Shown here: positions 1-10,040 of the stretch, piece after piece | How the letters are laid out: the number at the start of each line of letters is the position of its first letter | Position numbering within the stretch: position 1 is the first letter of the stretch | From: Octopus bimaculoides | Taxonomy: Eukaryota | Direction of reading: 5' to 3' | Assembly (NCBI RefSeq): GCF_001194135.2 | Contig: NC_069001.1 | Coordinates: 38,607,573 to 38,640,523 of the forward strand | Length of the DNA stretch: 32,951 bases | Translations under genes and position numbers: made by a program | The notes under the pieces: model-generated | What the model was told of the DNA's origin: nothing | Seen by the model: only the letters and a program-made list of their open reading frames with translations | Databases searched by the model: none

Positions 1-99
1 GTACTAGGCTAACAAAGAATAAGCCCTGGGGTCGATTTGCTTGACTAAAGGTGGTGCTCCAGCATGGCCACAGTCAACTGACTGAAACAAATAAAAAAA
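1..99 (+). mobile_element. 3' end of SINE family B (octopus-type), cut by the window edge
   Basis: Nearly identical to the reverse complement of 10323-10412, including an exact shared run gactaaaggtggtgctccagcatggccacagtcaactgactgaaaca; A-rich end followed by (TA)n. Confidence 0.8.
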
Positions 100-164
100 T
101 ATATATATATATATATATATATTTATTCTCACCTGACAGTGGGGTGCATGGCTGCTCTTAAGGA

Positions 165-202
<38 letters not shown>

Positions 203-205
203 CCT

Positions 206-457
206 TAAAAGCACCTGTTCAGTTTAGAAGCACCCATGTGGTGCCACGTAGAAGGGTCTGTGCAGTGCCACATTAAAGGCATCAGCAGGGTACCACATAA
301 CAGCACCTGAACACTCTGGTGTTAGGAAGGGCATCCAGCTGTAGAAACCATGCCAAACCAGACTGGAACCTTGTTGCAGCTCCCCAGCTTGCCAGCCCTG
401 GTCAAACTGTCCAACCCATGCCAGCATGGAAAATGGACGTTAAATGATGATGATGAT
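206..457 (+). mobile_element. SINE/LINE-tail repeat family C ending in a (GAT)n tail
   Basis: Ends ...ccagcatggaaaatggacgttaaatgatgatgatgat. Partial homologues at 10450-10575 (-), 14110-14210, 17022-17060 (-), 24900-24990 (-) and 26213-26262. A short tandem-repeat tail is typical of RTE-clade-mobilised elements. Confidence 0.75.
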
Positions 458-1005
458 ATATATATGGACACACATTTACGCATTTAATCATTTAAATTAT
501 TTACATTTGAAATGATTAAATGCTACCTATTTCCCTGTATCTCAGCTGAACTGCTTCCCCACGGTGAAACACGTTATAACATGTACCATATTGACCAACA
601 CAAATCTTTATAATACTATAATACTACACGGCTTAAATATATCGGATGCTTTTTACAATAGCAGATCACTTAATTATTTAATTAAACACACACACACATT
701 TATATATATATTGTGAAAGAGGGGGAGAGATATGCTGTTATAAGCGTGTGTTTTTAGTTCTATAAAAGTACTCAATAACAGTGTGTAGAGTCTAATGTAT
801 GTTAATTTATGTGAGCAGCATTATTTGGTCAGTTGTTTGGCTAACCACACACATCAACATGATACTGGTGGTCAACAGAAGGACTGACCAAACAAAACTG
901 CTGTTCAATATATATCTAATACGCATTTGTATCTAAATATCATGTGTGTGTGTGTGTATATATATGATAAACATATATATGTATGTATATAGTATAATCA
1001 CAAGG

Positions 1006-1064
<59 letters not shown>

Positions 1065-1329
1065 TATATTAGGATAATCAGAAAGATATAAATATACATA
1101 TGAGAGAAGAGACTGCTCTCTTCCAACAATTCCTTCAGTTTGTAATGTTTCCCTGCATGTACCATTCTACTTTAGCGCTGTATGTAGAGTGATTCTATGA
1201 CATCATGGTAGAGCAGGGGATGTGGAGGGGGCTGCATAGCATGGAGGAAGAGTACAAGGGGGAAACAAACAGGGTGAGAGGCTTGTACAGAGATGATGAG
1301 ATGGATGGTGGTGGGAAGAGGCAGACAAA

Positions 1330-1594
1330 TCAATCATGCCAGAAATACATATATATACACATATATATACTGTAGCAGTTGGTGTATGTGTGTGTGTACA
1401 AGTTGGTATTCACGTGAGTGCGTACGTGGGTGGGTAAAGTGTGTTTGTATGTGTGAGTGTGTGCATATGTGCGTCTAAGAGTGCATGTATGCGTGTGAAT
1501 ATGTATCGGTAATTGTGTATAGGTGTCAGTGTACATGTGTGTACGAGTGTGGATGTAAGTTTATGTAGATGAAATATGAGATGGGCATATATAC

Positions 1595-1631
<37 letters not shown>

Positions 1632-1705
1632 AGTATATGTGTGTTTATATATATAAATGTATATACATATATATACATACAAGATCAGATACACGTGTGT
1701 GTGTC

Positions 1706-1800
<95 letters not shown>
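1330..1800. repeat. Compound (TG/CA/TA)n microsatellite block running into a gap
   Basis: Dinucleotide runs read directly, ending in about 60 bp of (TA)n. Confidence 0.95.
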
Positions 1801-2303
1801 NNNNNNNNNNNNNNNNNNNNNNNNNNNNNNNNNNNNNNNNNNNNNNNNNNNNNNNNNNNNNNNNNNNNNNNNNNNNNNNNNNNNNNNNNNNNNNNNNNNN
1901 NNNNNNNNNNNNNNNNNNNNNNNNNNNNNNNNNNNNNNNNNNNNNNNNNNNNNNNNNNNNNNNNNNNNNNNNNNNNNNNNNNNNNNNNNNNNNNNNNNNN
2001 NNNNNNNNNNNNNNNNNNNNNNNNNNNNNNNNNNNNNNNNNNNNNNNNNNNNNNNNNNNNNNNNNNNNNNNNNNNNNNNNNNNNNNNNNNNNNNNNNNNN
2101 NNNNNNNNNNNNNNNNNNNNNNNNNNNNNNNNNNNNNNNNNNNNNNNNNNNNNNNNNNNNNNNNNNNNNNNNNNNNNNNNNNNNNNNNNNNNNNNNNNNN
2201 NNNNNNNNNNNNNNNNNNNNNNNNNNNNNNNNNNNNNNNNNNNNNNNNNNNNNNNNNNNNNNNNNNNNNNNNNNNNNNNNNNNNNNNNNNNNNNNNNNNN
2301 NNN
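1801..2303. other. Assembly gap (N)
   Basis: 503 N. Confidence 1.
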
Positions 2304-2390
2304 TACTGCCACCACCACCACCACCACCACCACCACTAACATCAACACCACCACTAACACCACCACCGCCACCACCACCACCACCATCAT
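2304..2390. repeat. (ACC)n-type trinucleotide microsatellite
   Basis: accaccacc runs with variant triplets. Confidence 0.95.
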
Positions 2391-2395
2391 CAATA

Positions 2396-2513
2396 CTGAG
2401 GTGAACTTTGCTTTGCATCCTTTTTTGCTCAATGAAATAAAGTACCAGTAAAATACTGGGGAACAAAATAATCGATTTCTCCTCTCTTTGCCCTCCAAAT
2501 TGTTGCTACGGCC
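2396..2513 (+). mobile_element. 5'-truncated SINE family A fragment
   Basis: gaggtgaactttgctttgcatcc...aagtaccagt...actgggg matches the body of the copies at 3266-3470 and 3628-3845. Confidence 0.6.
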
Positions 2514-2744
2514 ACTATACTAGCAACTGTGGCAAAAGAGGGGGCTGAGTGGTGGACCCATCCGAAAGGTGTGAAGACAAGCAGGTTCCTAATTAATTTC
2601 TTCAAACATCATTTGATGAGGAAGGTGAGGGTAGAGAAGCAGGTGCTGCCCTCTAGTGTGTTTATCAAAAGGTGGTGGACAGTGGACAGTGGCCAGACTG
2701 GTGAGACTGAATGGACCGACTCCGAGTATGCTTTTCTAAGCATT

Positions 2745-2975
2745 TTGAGGGGAGGGGCATGAGCCGATCCCTCAGCAATTGACTGGTACTTTATTTTGTC
2801 CACTTCGGAGAGATAAAAGACAGAGCTGATCAAACCCTCACACACTTGTTGCTGTTTAACCCCAGGAGAGTCCAGATCCAGTAAACCATTGATCAAAACA
2901 ACAGTAACACAGCTGCTGTTGTTATTTAACCCCAGGTCGACTGATCCAGTCGATGACCCATGATCAAACAGTCAA
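2745..2975 (-). mobile_element. SINE A fragment followed by two family F tail fragments
   Basis: actggtactttattttg...gataaaagac is an inverted A body; gttgctgtttaaccccagg and gttgttatttaaccccaggtc match the inverted F tail at 11463-11500. Confidence 0.5.
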
Positions 2976-3265
2976 TTAGTTCAATCAAAGAGACAAACCT
3001 ATTTTTCTAAAGTACGACACACCCAGGTTAATTTCTTAACCTCGTTAAATCTGTTTAATCTTCATGACTTATTTGATAAAATATGTCTGACAAAATGCTT
3101 CCACCTCTGCTGCCAAACCCTTCATTCTTTTATTACGAATAATATTTATTTTTCTAAATACGATTTTTATATTTTTTTGTTATATCCTTATTGTTACATC
3201 AATGTAAACCCCACATTTTTGTGTTGTTATCAATGTATTGGGACCTTGTGGCCAATAAACCATCA

Positions 3266-3978
3266 TGGCAGGATTGTTACCATGTCAGGCAAAATATGTA
3301 GTGGTATTTCGTCTGCCGTTACGTTCAGAGTTCAAATTCTGCCAAGGTCGACTTTACCTTTGACCTTTGCGGGGCCAATAAAATATATACCAGTTGTGTG
3401 CTGGGGGTTGATGAAATCGACTTACCCCCACTCAAGAAATTATTGACTTTTGTGCCAAAATTTGAAATCTTTATTATTATTATTATTATTATTATCATTA
3501 TTATTACAAAAATGACGAACTGGAAGAATCATTAACACACGACTCACTTACCTACCCCTCAAAATTGCTCACCTTGTACCAAAATTAGAAAGGAGGATTA
3601 TTATTATTATTATTATTATTATTGTGGTAGTTAGCTGGTGGAATCGTTAGCACCCCAGGTGGAATCCTTAGAGGCTTTGCATCTTACTTCGTGTTCTGAG
3701 TTCAAATGCCACCAAGATCAACTTGGTCTTTCATCCTTTTTGGGCATCGATAAAATAAGTAGCAGTTGAGCACTGTGAGATTCATTTAATCAACTTAACC
3801 CTTTCCCCGAAACTGCTGGCCTTGTGCAAAATCTGAAACCATTATCATTACTACTACTACTACTACTACTACCACTAAGGTGTCAAGCTGGCAGAATGGT
3901 TACAATGCTGGACAAAATGCTTAGCAGCATTTTATCTGTCTTTAAGTTCTGAGTTCAAATTCTGCCAAGGTCAACTTT
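3266..3978 (+). mobile_element. Head-to-tail array of four tRNA-derived SINE family A copies (3266-3470, 3505-3600 internally deleted, 3628-3845, 3876-3978 head only)
   Basis: Pol III A-box-like tggcag(a/g)at and B-box gagttcaaatt(c) recur; three copies share the tail ...tgtgccaaaatt(t/a)gaaa; copies are separated by (TTA)n/(TAC)n runs. Confidence 0.85.
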
Positions 3979-4220
3979 ATGATGATAAGGATGATGATGA
4001 TGATGATGATGATGACAAAGAAAAAAACGATGTTAATGAAGATGATGATGATGATGATGATGACAAATGGTGGTGGTGGTGGTGATGACAATGACGATGG
4101 CAAGGACGAATTTATGCGGCAGATGATTGTGATGATGAGGATGTGGTTAATAAATGATGATGATGATAATGATGATGATGAGGGTGGAGTTGATAATGAC
4201 AGTAAGGACAATCAGGAGAC

Positions 4221-4275
<55 letters not shown>
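3979..4275. repeat. Compound (GAT)n/(GGT)n microsatellite
   Basis: Long gatgatgat runs; source of the poly-M/D/H ORFs in the track. Confidence 0.95.
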
Positions 4276-4759
4276 ACAAGGAATATTGAAACAATCCCCC
4301 AAAAATAAATTAGTGAAATATGTGTGTGTGTGTGTGTGTGTGTGAGTATGCATTAAGAAAACACTACAAAAACTAAGTCAGTATTTATTTTTAATGCCAT
4401 TTTAGACAATTAAGACAGTTTAACAGAAATAACAAAACTTCAATACACACGTGTGTGTGTGTGTGTTTATGCACATACATGCATGTGTGTGTGCATATGT
4501 TATATAGATGTGTGAGCATTAATTACCAAGAATTGTATGACAACAACAAGGGTTTTTTCCCTGAGTCACATGAAATAACCCCCAGTACCACCACCACCAC
4601 CACCACCCACCCACCTCCCCCCAGCAGAGTAAATAAAATTATTGACAGTGTTTGACACTCAATGTTCACTTCAGAAAATTTTAAATTCTGTGTGTTTTGA
4701 AGTCTGAGCAAACAAAATGTTAAACATGTTAATTGCATGTGTGCGTGTGTGTGTGTTAT

Positions 4760-4830
4760 TTAACCCTTTCAGCATTTAAACAAGCCACATCTGGCCAGAA
4801 TATTCAGCCGGTTTTTGTTACGTTCACATT
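4760..4830. mobile_element. One end of a TTAA-CCCTT (piggyBac-type) MITE
   Basis: ttaaccctttcagcatt has the same TTAA+CCCTT terminus as the complete MITE at 22024; the other end was not found. Confidence 0.4.
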
Positions 4831-4889
4831 ATTACATTTGGCTGAATTCAAAAGGATTAAAATTACATTTTTTCAAATATGAGATAAGC

Positions 4890-5190
4890 CAAGAAATGGA
4901 TCAGGCTTCTGAAAGCTGTGGTTACAGAATGCCAAAAGTGCAAGAACCACTGGTCCAGACATGTCACAAGGTTCACAGACACCAAGGTGGACTTGAGCAG
5001 TTGCTGAGTGATATCCTAGAGATTGGCAAAAGGTTACTTGGAAGTCCTCAATGACAATGGGGAGACAATTTCATTAAGCAGTTAAGGGTCAAGAGGGAAA
5101 AGAATGGTGGAATCAAAAGAGAATTGGAAGTGCATTGTGACTAGCAGTGTATAATAGCACCTGATGTCCAGTCGATACTGTGAAGATAGA
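4890..5190 (+). pseudogene. Degenerate RTE-clade LINE ORF2 C-terminal remnant
   Basis: Translation across two frameshifts: KNHWSRHVTRFTDT/RWT*AVAE*YPRDW/KRLLGSPQ*QWGDNF. This matches the RTE C-terminal pattern W(A)GHV.R..DNRWT.....W.PR..KR..GRP..RW.D, with TGA stops where R (CGA) or W (TGG) is expected. Confidence 0.8.
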
Positions 5191-5262
5191 TTTGTATGAA
5201 GAGCATTATACACAGAGAAAGAAAGAGGACCCAACAATACAGATGGTCTTGGCGACATATTT

Positions 5263-5471
5263 AACATAACACTATCATAAATACTATCATAACTACTGTC
5301 ATAGCTGCTGTCTATGTCATAACTAGTGTCATAGCTGCTATCTATATCATAACTGCCATCATAAGTTTTGCCAGTCATAACTCCTGTCAACGTTATAAAC
5401 ACTGTCATTGTCATAAATATTGTCATAACTCCTATCATAACTATTATCATAATGACGGTCACTGTCAAATA
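5263..5471. repeat. Degenerate minisatellite, period about 12 bp (core (a/g)tcataact)
   Basis: Repeated actatcataa / actgtcatag / cctatcataa variants. Confidence 0.7.
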
Positions 5472-5559
5472 CATTGGCCTGATCCCTATAATTAAAACTA
5501 ACCCCGCGATCCCTTTCTAATGACCCTTAAATCTACAAGGGAGTACAAGACAGAGGGAC

Positions 5560-5760
5560 CTCTATGTAACCCCTTGACATGCAAGACATAGCAGCCAGCT
5601 CTCCCTCAAATCCTATCCTAACATTGTTAAAAAAAAAGGAAAGGACACACAAGATACTGTAATTCTAAATAGCCACACATAAAACCTCTTCATGTATGGT
5701 CATGGTTGGAATGTCTATGATCATAAGTCTGTTTGATCAGGGTTGGCCAAGAGTTAAACA
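5560..5760 (+). mobile_element. Repeat family F copy
   Basis: atagcagcc...ctccctcaaatc...ggtcatggttggaatg...tgatcata...gatcagggttg matches copies at 11463-11675 (-), 17310-17420, 25130-25285 and 27935-28180. Confidence 0.7.
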
Positions 5761-5794
5761 ACATCATTGAGTCTCAGGCAAGATTCTGTCTAAT

Positions 5795-5960
5795 GATAAT
5801 AATTAGGTTATGACGAGGACGATGATGATGGTGTTGATAATGATGATTATGATGACAGTGATAGTGATGATGATGATGACAGCAGTAGTGATGGTAAGAT
5901 AGTGATGATGATGGTGATGACAATGGTGGTTGTGGTGGTGATGATGATGATGATGACAGC
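5795..5960. repeat. Degenerate (GAT/GGT)n microsatellite
   Basis: Read directly. Confidence 0.9.
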
Positions 5961-6047
5961 AAGAACTGCATGTCATCACACATCTTTTCTCTATAGATCC
6001 ACTTAGCTACACTTAAGGAGCTGAAGATTAAAGACGGTGGCGGGGGG

Positions 6048-6103
6048 GAGGGTGATGTATGATGGCGGCGGCGGTGGCGAGGGTGATGTATGATGGCGGC
6101 GGT
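6048..6103. repeat. GC-rich 31-bp tandem repeat truncated by a gap
   Basis: gagggtgatgtatgatggcggcgg starts at 6048 and again at 6079. Confidence 0.8.
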
Positions 6104-6677
6104 NNNNNNNNNNNNNNNNNNNNNNNNNNNNNNNNNNNNNNNNNNNNNNNNNNNNNNNNNNNNNNNNNNNNNNNNNNNNNNNNNNNNNNNNNNNNNNNNN
6201 NNNNNNNNNNNNNNNNNNNNNNNNNNNNNNNNNNNNNNNNNNNNNNNNNNNNNNNNNNNNNNNNNNNNNNNNNNNNNNNNNNNNNNNNNNNNNNNNNNNN
6301 NNNNNNNNNNNNNNNNNNNNNNNNNNNNNNNNNNNNNNNNNNNNNNNNNNNNNNNNNNNNNNNNNNNNNNNNNNNNNNNNNNNNNNNNNNNNNNNNNNNN
6401 NNNNNNNNNNNNNNNNNNNNNNNNNNNNNNNNNNNNNNNNNNNNNNNNNNNNNNNNNNNNNNNNNNNNNNNNNNNNNNNNNNNNNNNNNNNNNNNNNNNN
6501 NNNNNNNNNNNNNNNNNNNNNNNNNNNNNNNNNNNNNNNNNNNNNNNNNNNNNNNNNNNNNNNNNNNNNNNNNNNNNNNNNNNNNNNNNNNNNNNNNNNN
6601 NNNNNNNNNNNNNNNNNNNNNNNNNNNNNNNNNNNNNNNNNNNNNNNNNNNNNNNNNNNNNNNNNNNNNNNNNNNNN
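6104..6677. other. Assembly gap (N)
   Basis: 574 N. Confidence 1.
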
Positions 6678-7169
6678 ATATGAGAGGTATTGGTATCTAG
6701 AAGACCCAAAGAGTGTCAGGTAATACTAAGTAAGCGCTATGGACAGACCATAGTTAAACTCTTGGTTCGATAGTGATACGGGTGAGGAATCTAATGTGGG
6801 TCTTCTATATATTACATATATATATATATATAGCTCTGAGAATTTGGTTATGGTTAATTAAATTAAACAATGGGGTAAAAAAATTGGATATTAATTAATA
6901 TCAATTTAATACCAGGTAACTAGCACATTAAAAGAATCAGGGAGATTCAGAAAAAATATCTGAGATCTCACGGATTATTGCATATGTTTATATAAAGATA
7001 TATACGAGTATATATACAGGAGGCCAGTAGGTGGACTGGTCATGTGCTAGAAGAAGATCACATGTCATGTGTCTCCTAAGACCGAATAATTCTCAAAGGG
7101 AATTTAGCGAAGCAACAAAAATGTAAAACGGGCAAGACCAGTGAAAATTACTCAAAAAAATACAATTAT

Positions 7170-7231
7170 CTGTAAACATGTTTCGAAATTAATAGTTTCT
7201 TACCGAAAATATCTTTTTCACATCAGTGCAG
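7170..7231 (-). ncRNA. Type I hammerhead-ribozyme motif, Penelope-like, probably decayed (A9U)
   Basis: Minus strand: CUGCA-CUGAUGU-GAAA...UUUC-GAAA-C-AU-GUU-UACAG. Stem I pairs 4/5, stem II closes with G-C plus three A-U pairs, helix III is palindromic (ACAUGU), and a GUH triplet is present. Confidence 0.6.
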
Positions 7232-7325
7232 AACGTTGGATAGATTTGATTTAGAGAATCGTATACTAAGTTGTACTCCACAAGGAAAGCACGTGTATAC
7301 AGTTCTAAAAATTATACCTTCTACG

Positions 7326-7371
7326 GCAAAACTGCTTAGCATTTTGTCTGACATCCTAATCATTCTGCCTT
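7326..7371 (-). mobile_element. SINE family A head fragment
   Basis: aactgcttagcattttgtctgacatcctaatcattctgcc is the inverse of the head at 3888-3935. Confidence 0.6.
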
Positions 7372-7428
7372 TTTACCTACGTTAGATATCTTTATATTAT
7401 CTTTAATTGATATATCAAGCACAGATAA

Positions 7429-7470
7429 CTCTGGGCGTGTTTCAGTCTTATTGCGACCTCGTCAGTAAAG
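7429..7470 (-). ncRNA. Second minimal type I hammerhead motif, Penelope-like, cleavage site mutated
   Basis: Minus strand: CUUUA-CUGACGA-GGUC-GCAAUAA-GACU-GAAAC-AC-GCC-CAGAG. Both core boxes are intact and stem II has 4 bp; GCC stands where GUC is expected. Confidence 0.55.
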
Positions 7471-7942
7471 CATGGCCTCCTATATGCTCTGTATTGATAA
7501 CAATCTCACAAATCACTAACTGAAGGTACAAAGATGTAGTTTAGTTAATACAGAAAACTAGATTAGTTTGGAGAATAATAATTAAGTGTTAATTTAAAGC
7601 CAGACATGTTTGGTGTTATCTATTGGAACTTACTGAAATAAAACAGTATGACTCATTGACAAATATTGTTTATTCTTCAGCACATAATTATTTCTTGAAG
7701 GTTCTTGGATTAAATGTCTTAACAATATAACTTAACTATTTACCTATTTCTGTGTCGTTATCTGTCTGTGTATCAGTTTATCTCTATACCTATCTCTCTG
7801 TCTACATGTCCAACTGTCTGCCTGTCTATGTTTGCCTGTCTATCCCTTCATCTATTTGTCTGTGCAACTATGTACCTATCTACACAGCTATCCATCTATC
7901 TAATAACCTATATATCATTGTACATATATATATATATATATA

Positions 7943-8850
7943 NNNNNNNNNNNNNNNNNNNNNNNNNNNNNNNNNNNNNNNNNNNNNNNNNNNNNNNNNN
8001 NNNNNNNNNNNNNNNNNNNNNNNNNNNNNNNNNNNNNNNNNNNNNNNNNNNNNNNNNNNNNNNNNNNNNNNNNNNNNNNNNNNNNNNNNNNNNNNNNNNN
8101 NNNNNNNNNNNNNNNNNNNNNNNNNNNNNNNNNNNNNNNNNNNNNNNNNNNNNNNNNNNNNNNNNNNNNNNNNNNNNNNNNNNNNNNNNNNNNNNNNNNN
8201 NNNNNNNNNNNNNNNNNNNNNNNNNNNNNNNNNNNNNNNNNNNNNNNNNNNNNNNNNNNNNNNNNNNNNNNNNNNNNNNNNNNNNNNNNNNNNNNNNNNN
8301 NNNNNNNNNNNNNNNNNNNNNNNNNNNNNNNNNNNNNNNNNNNNNNNNNNNNNNNNNNNNNNNNNNNNNNNNNNNNNNNNNNNNNNNNNNNNNNNNNNNN
8401 NNNNNNNNNNNNNNNNNNNNNNNNNNNNNNNNNNNNNNNNNNNNNNNNNNNNNNNNNNNNNNNNNNNNNNNNNNNNNNNNNNNNNNNNNNNNNNNNNNNN
8501 NNNNNNNNNNNNNNNNNNNNNNNNNNNNNNNNNNNNNNNNNNNNNNNNNNNNNNNNNNNNNNNNNNNNNNNNNNNNNNNNNNNNNNNNNNNNNNNNNNNN
8601 NNNNNNNNNNNNNNNNNNNNNNNNNNNNNNNNNNNNNNNNNNNNNNNNNNNNNNNNNNNNNNNNNNNNNNNNNNNNNNNNNNNNNNNNNNNNNNNNNNNN
8701 NNNNNNNNNNNNNNNNNNNNNNNNNNNNNNNNNNNNNNNNNNNNNNNNNNNNNNNNNNNNNNNNNNNNNNNNNNNNNNNNNNNNNNNNNNNNNNNNNNNN
8801 NNNNNNNNNNNNNNNNNNNNNNNNNNNNNNNNNNNNNNNNNNNNNNNNNC
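7943..8850. other. Assembly gap (N), preceded by (TA)n
   Basis: 908 N. Confidence 1.
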
Positions 8851-9111
8851 ATACCTACATCTACATGTGTATATAGATGCATATTTGGGTACAGGACGTT
8901 AGAAAAATGAACTACAGACAACGGAACAAACACATAGGAAAACAAACAAGCCACTTATGGAATTATTCCTTCATCAGCTGCCTCTATTCTAAACTAGGCG
9001 TTTCGAAGATATATATATATATATATATATACGCACATGCACACACACACATCTATCAATATATAGATAGAGAGAGAAAGACAGATACCTATCTCTATAC
9101 CTCTCTGTCTC

Positions 9112-9151
<40 letters not shown>

Positions 9152-9973
9152 CATACACACGCATCTGTATATATGTCCTTACCTACGTACATCAGCATAT
9201 CTTTGTTTCCAATAAATATATTTGACATATCCCCACAGAAATACATTAACACAAAGTCGCTTCTCTCTCACCCACACCCCCGTCCCTCCATAAACCTGAT
9301 CTAAACAGTCGTTGATTAAAGTTTAAAAAACAAAGACTAAATCAATCCACAGTCATTGTTTCAATATATTCCCAGATAACCATGTCCTGTCACGTCCAAT
9401 GTCCAATTTCGCAGCTGATTATCTGCCTATCAATCCAGCTAGCTTCAATGTGGTAGTCACATAGTTTCAATGTAATCTATAATAAGCCACAAACAATAGG
9501 TAAACCTGTACTAGGTGGCCATGTTGTCATCTGCTCTAGTTTCTTCCCGGCCTCTATAGAAATCATTAGAAACAGATAATTTCACTGAAGTATCAGCAAG
9601 AAATACTTCAAGTCATTTTACTAAACTAGTTTTCTCACATTGTAACAGCAGACAACACAAACATGTTGTGAACACCATTGAAAAATTGAAAAAGAAACTC
9701 AAATACAAATATGGATGGCTGGATGGGTGGTTGGTAGACATAATCTGGTGTCTGGTCTAACACCACCACCAGCAACAACTGGTTGTTCTTGATTGTCTTT
9801 AGCAGATTGCAACCTGTTTGTTGTAGATATTTGGACAAGATCCTCCCATCAATCACAAAGGAATTTGGTGTAAGGAAACCGAAAGAAGCCCATCTTGTAT
9901 GTGTGAATGATTCCATAATCATCATTTACATTCAAGATGTGTCTGAACTGTATGCATTGTTGAAAGGATTGTG

Positions 9974-10040
9974 ATGAAGGAATTCCCTGTAGTAGTCACC
10001 TTCCTCCTTGCACTTTCTGGTTCCCTGGCTGCAACTTCTG
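9974..10040 (+). CDS. Speculative first coding exon encoding a signal-peptide-like sequence (MKEFPVVVTFLLALSGSLAATS), phase-1 GC donor
   Basis: ATG with G at -3; N-terminal Lys, hydrophobic core and S-L-A cleavage motif; followed by CTG|GCAAGT. No downstream partner exon was found. Confidence 0.2.

Noticed and set aside
546-582. Hammerhead-like CTGA-ACTG(cttccca)CGGT-GAAAC-AC-GTT on the + strand
   Set aside because: The core lacks N7-G8-A9 and there is no stem I; at most a heavily decayed relic.
1293-2498. Long ORFs in the track here and at 5774-6709, 7752-8954 and 25449-26234
   Set aside because: They run through N-gaps and TA/CA/ACC microsatellites; their length is an artefact.
3942-4353. 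Poly-Met/Asp/His ORFs
   Set aside because: Translations of (GAT)n; no splice context or domain.
8960-9006. CGAAAC ... CTGATGA on the minus strand (permuted hammerhead?)
   Set aside because: Type II topology needs a closed stem I, which does not form, and GAAG/CUUC pairing would bury the core. Worth including in an Infernal scan but not called.
9635-9925. 96-aa minus-strand ORF
   Set aside because: No recognisable domain; other frames are full of stops; no splice support.
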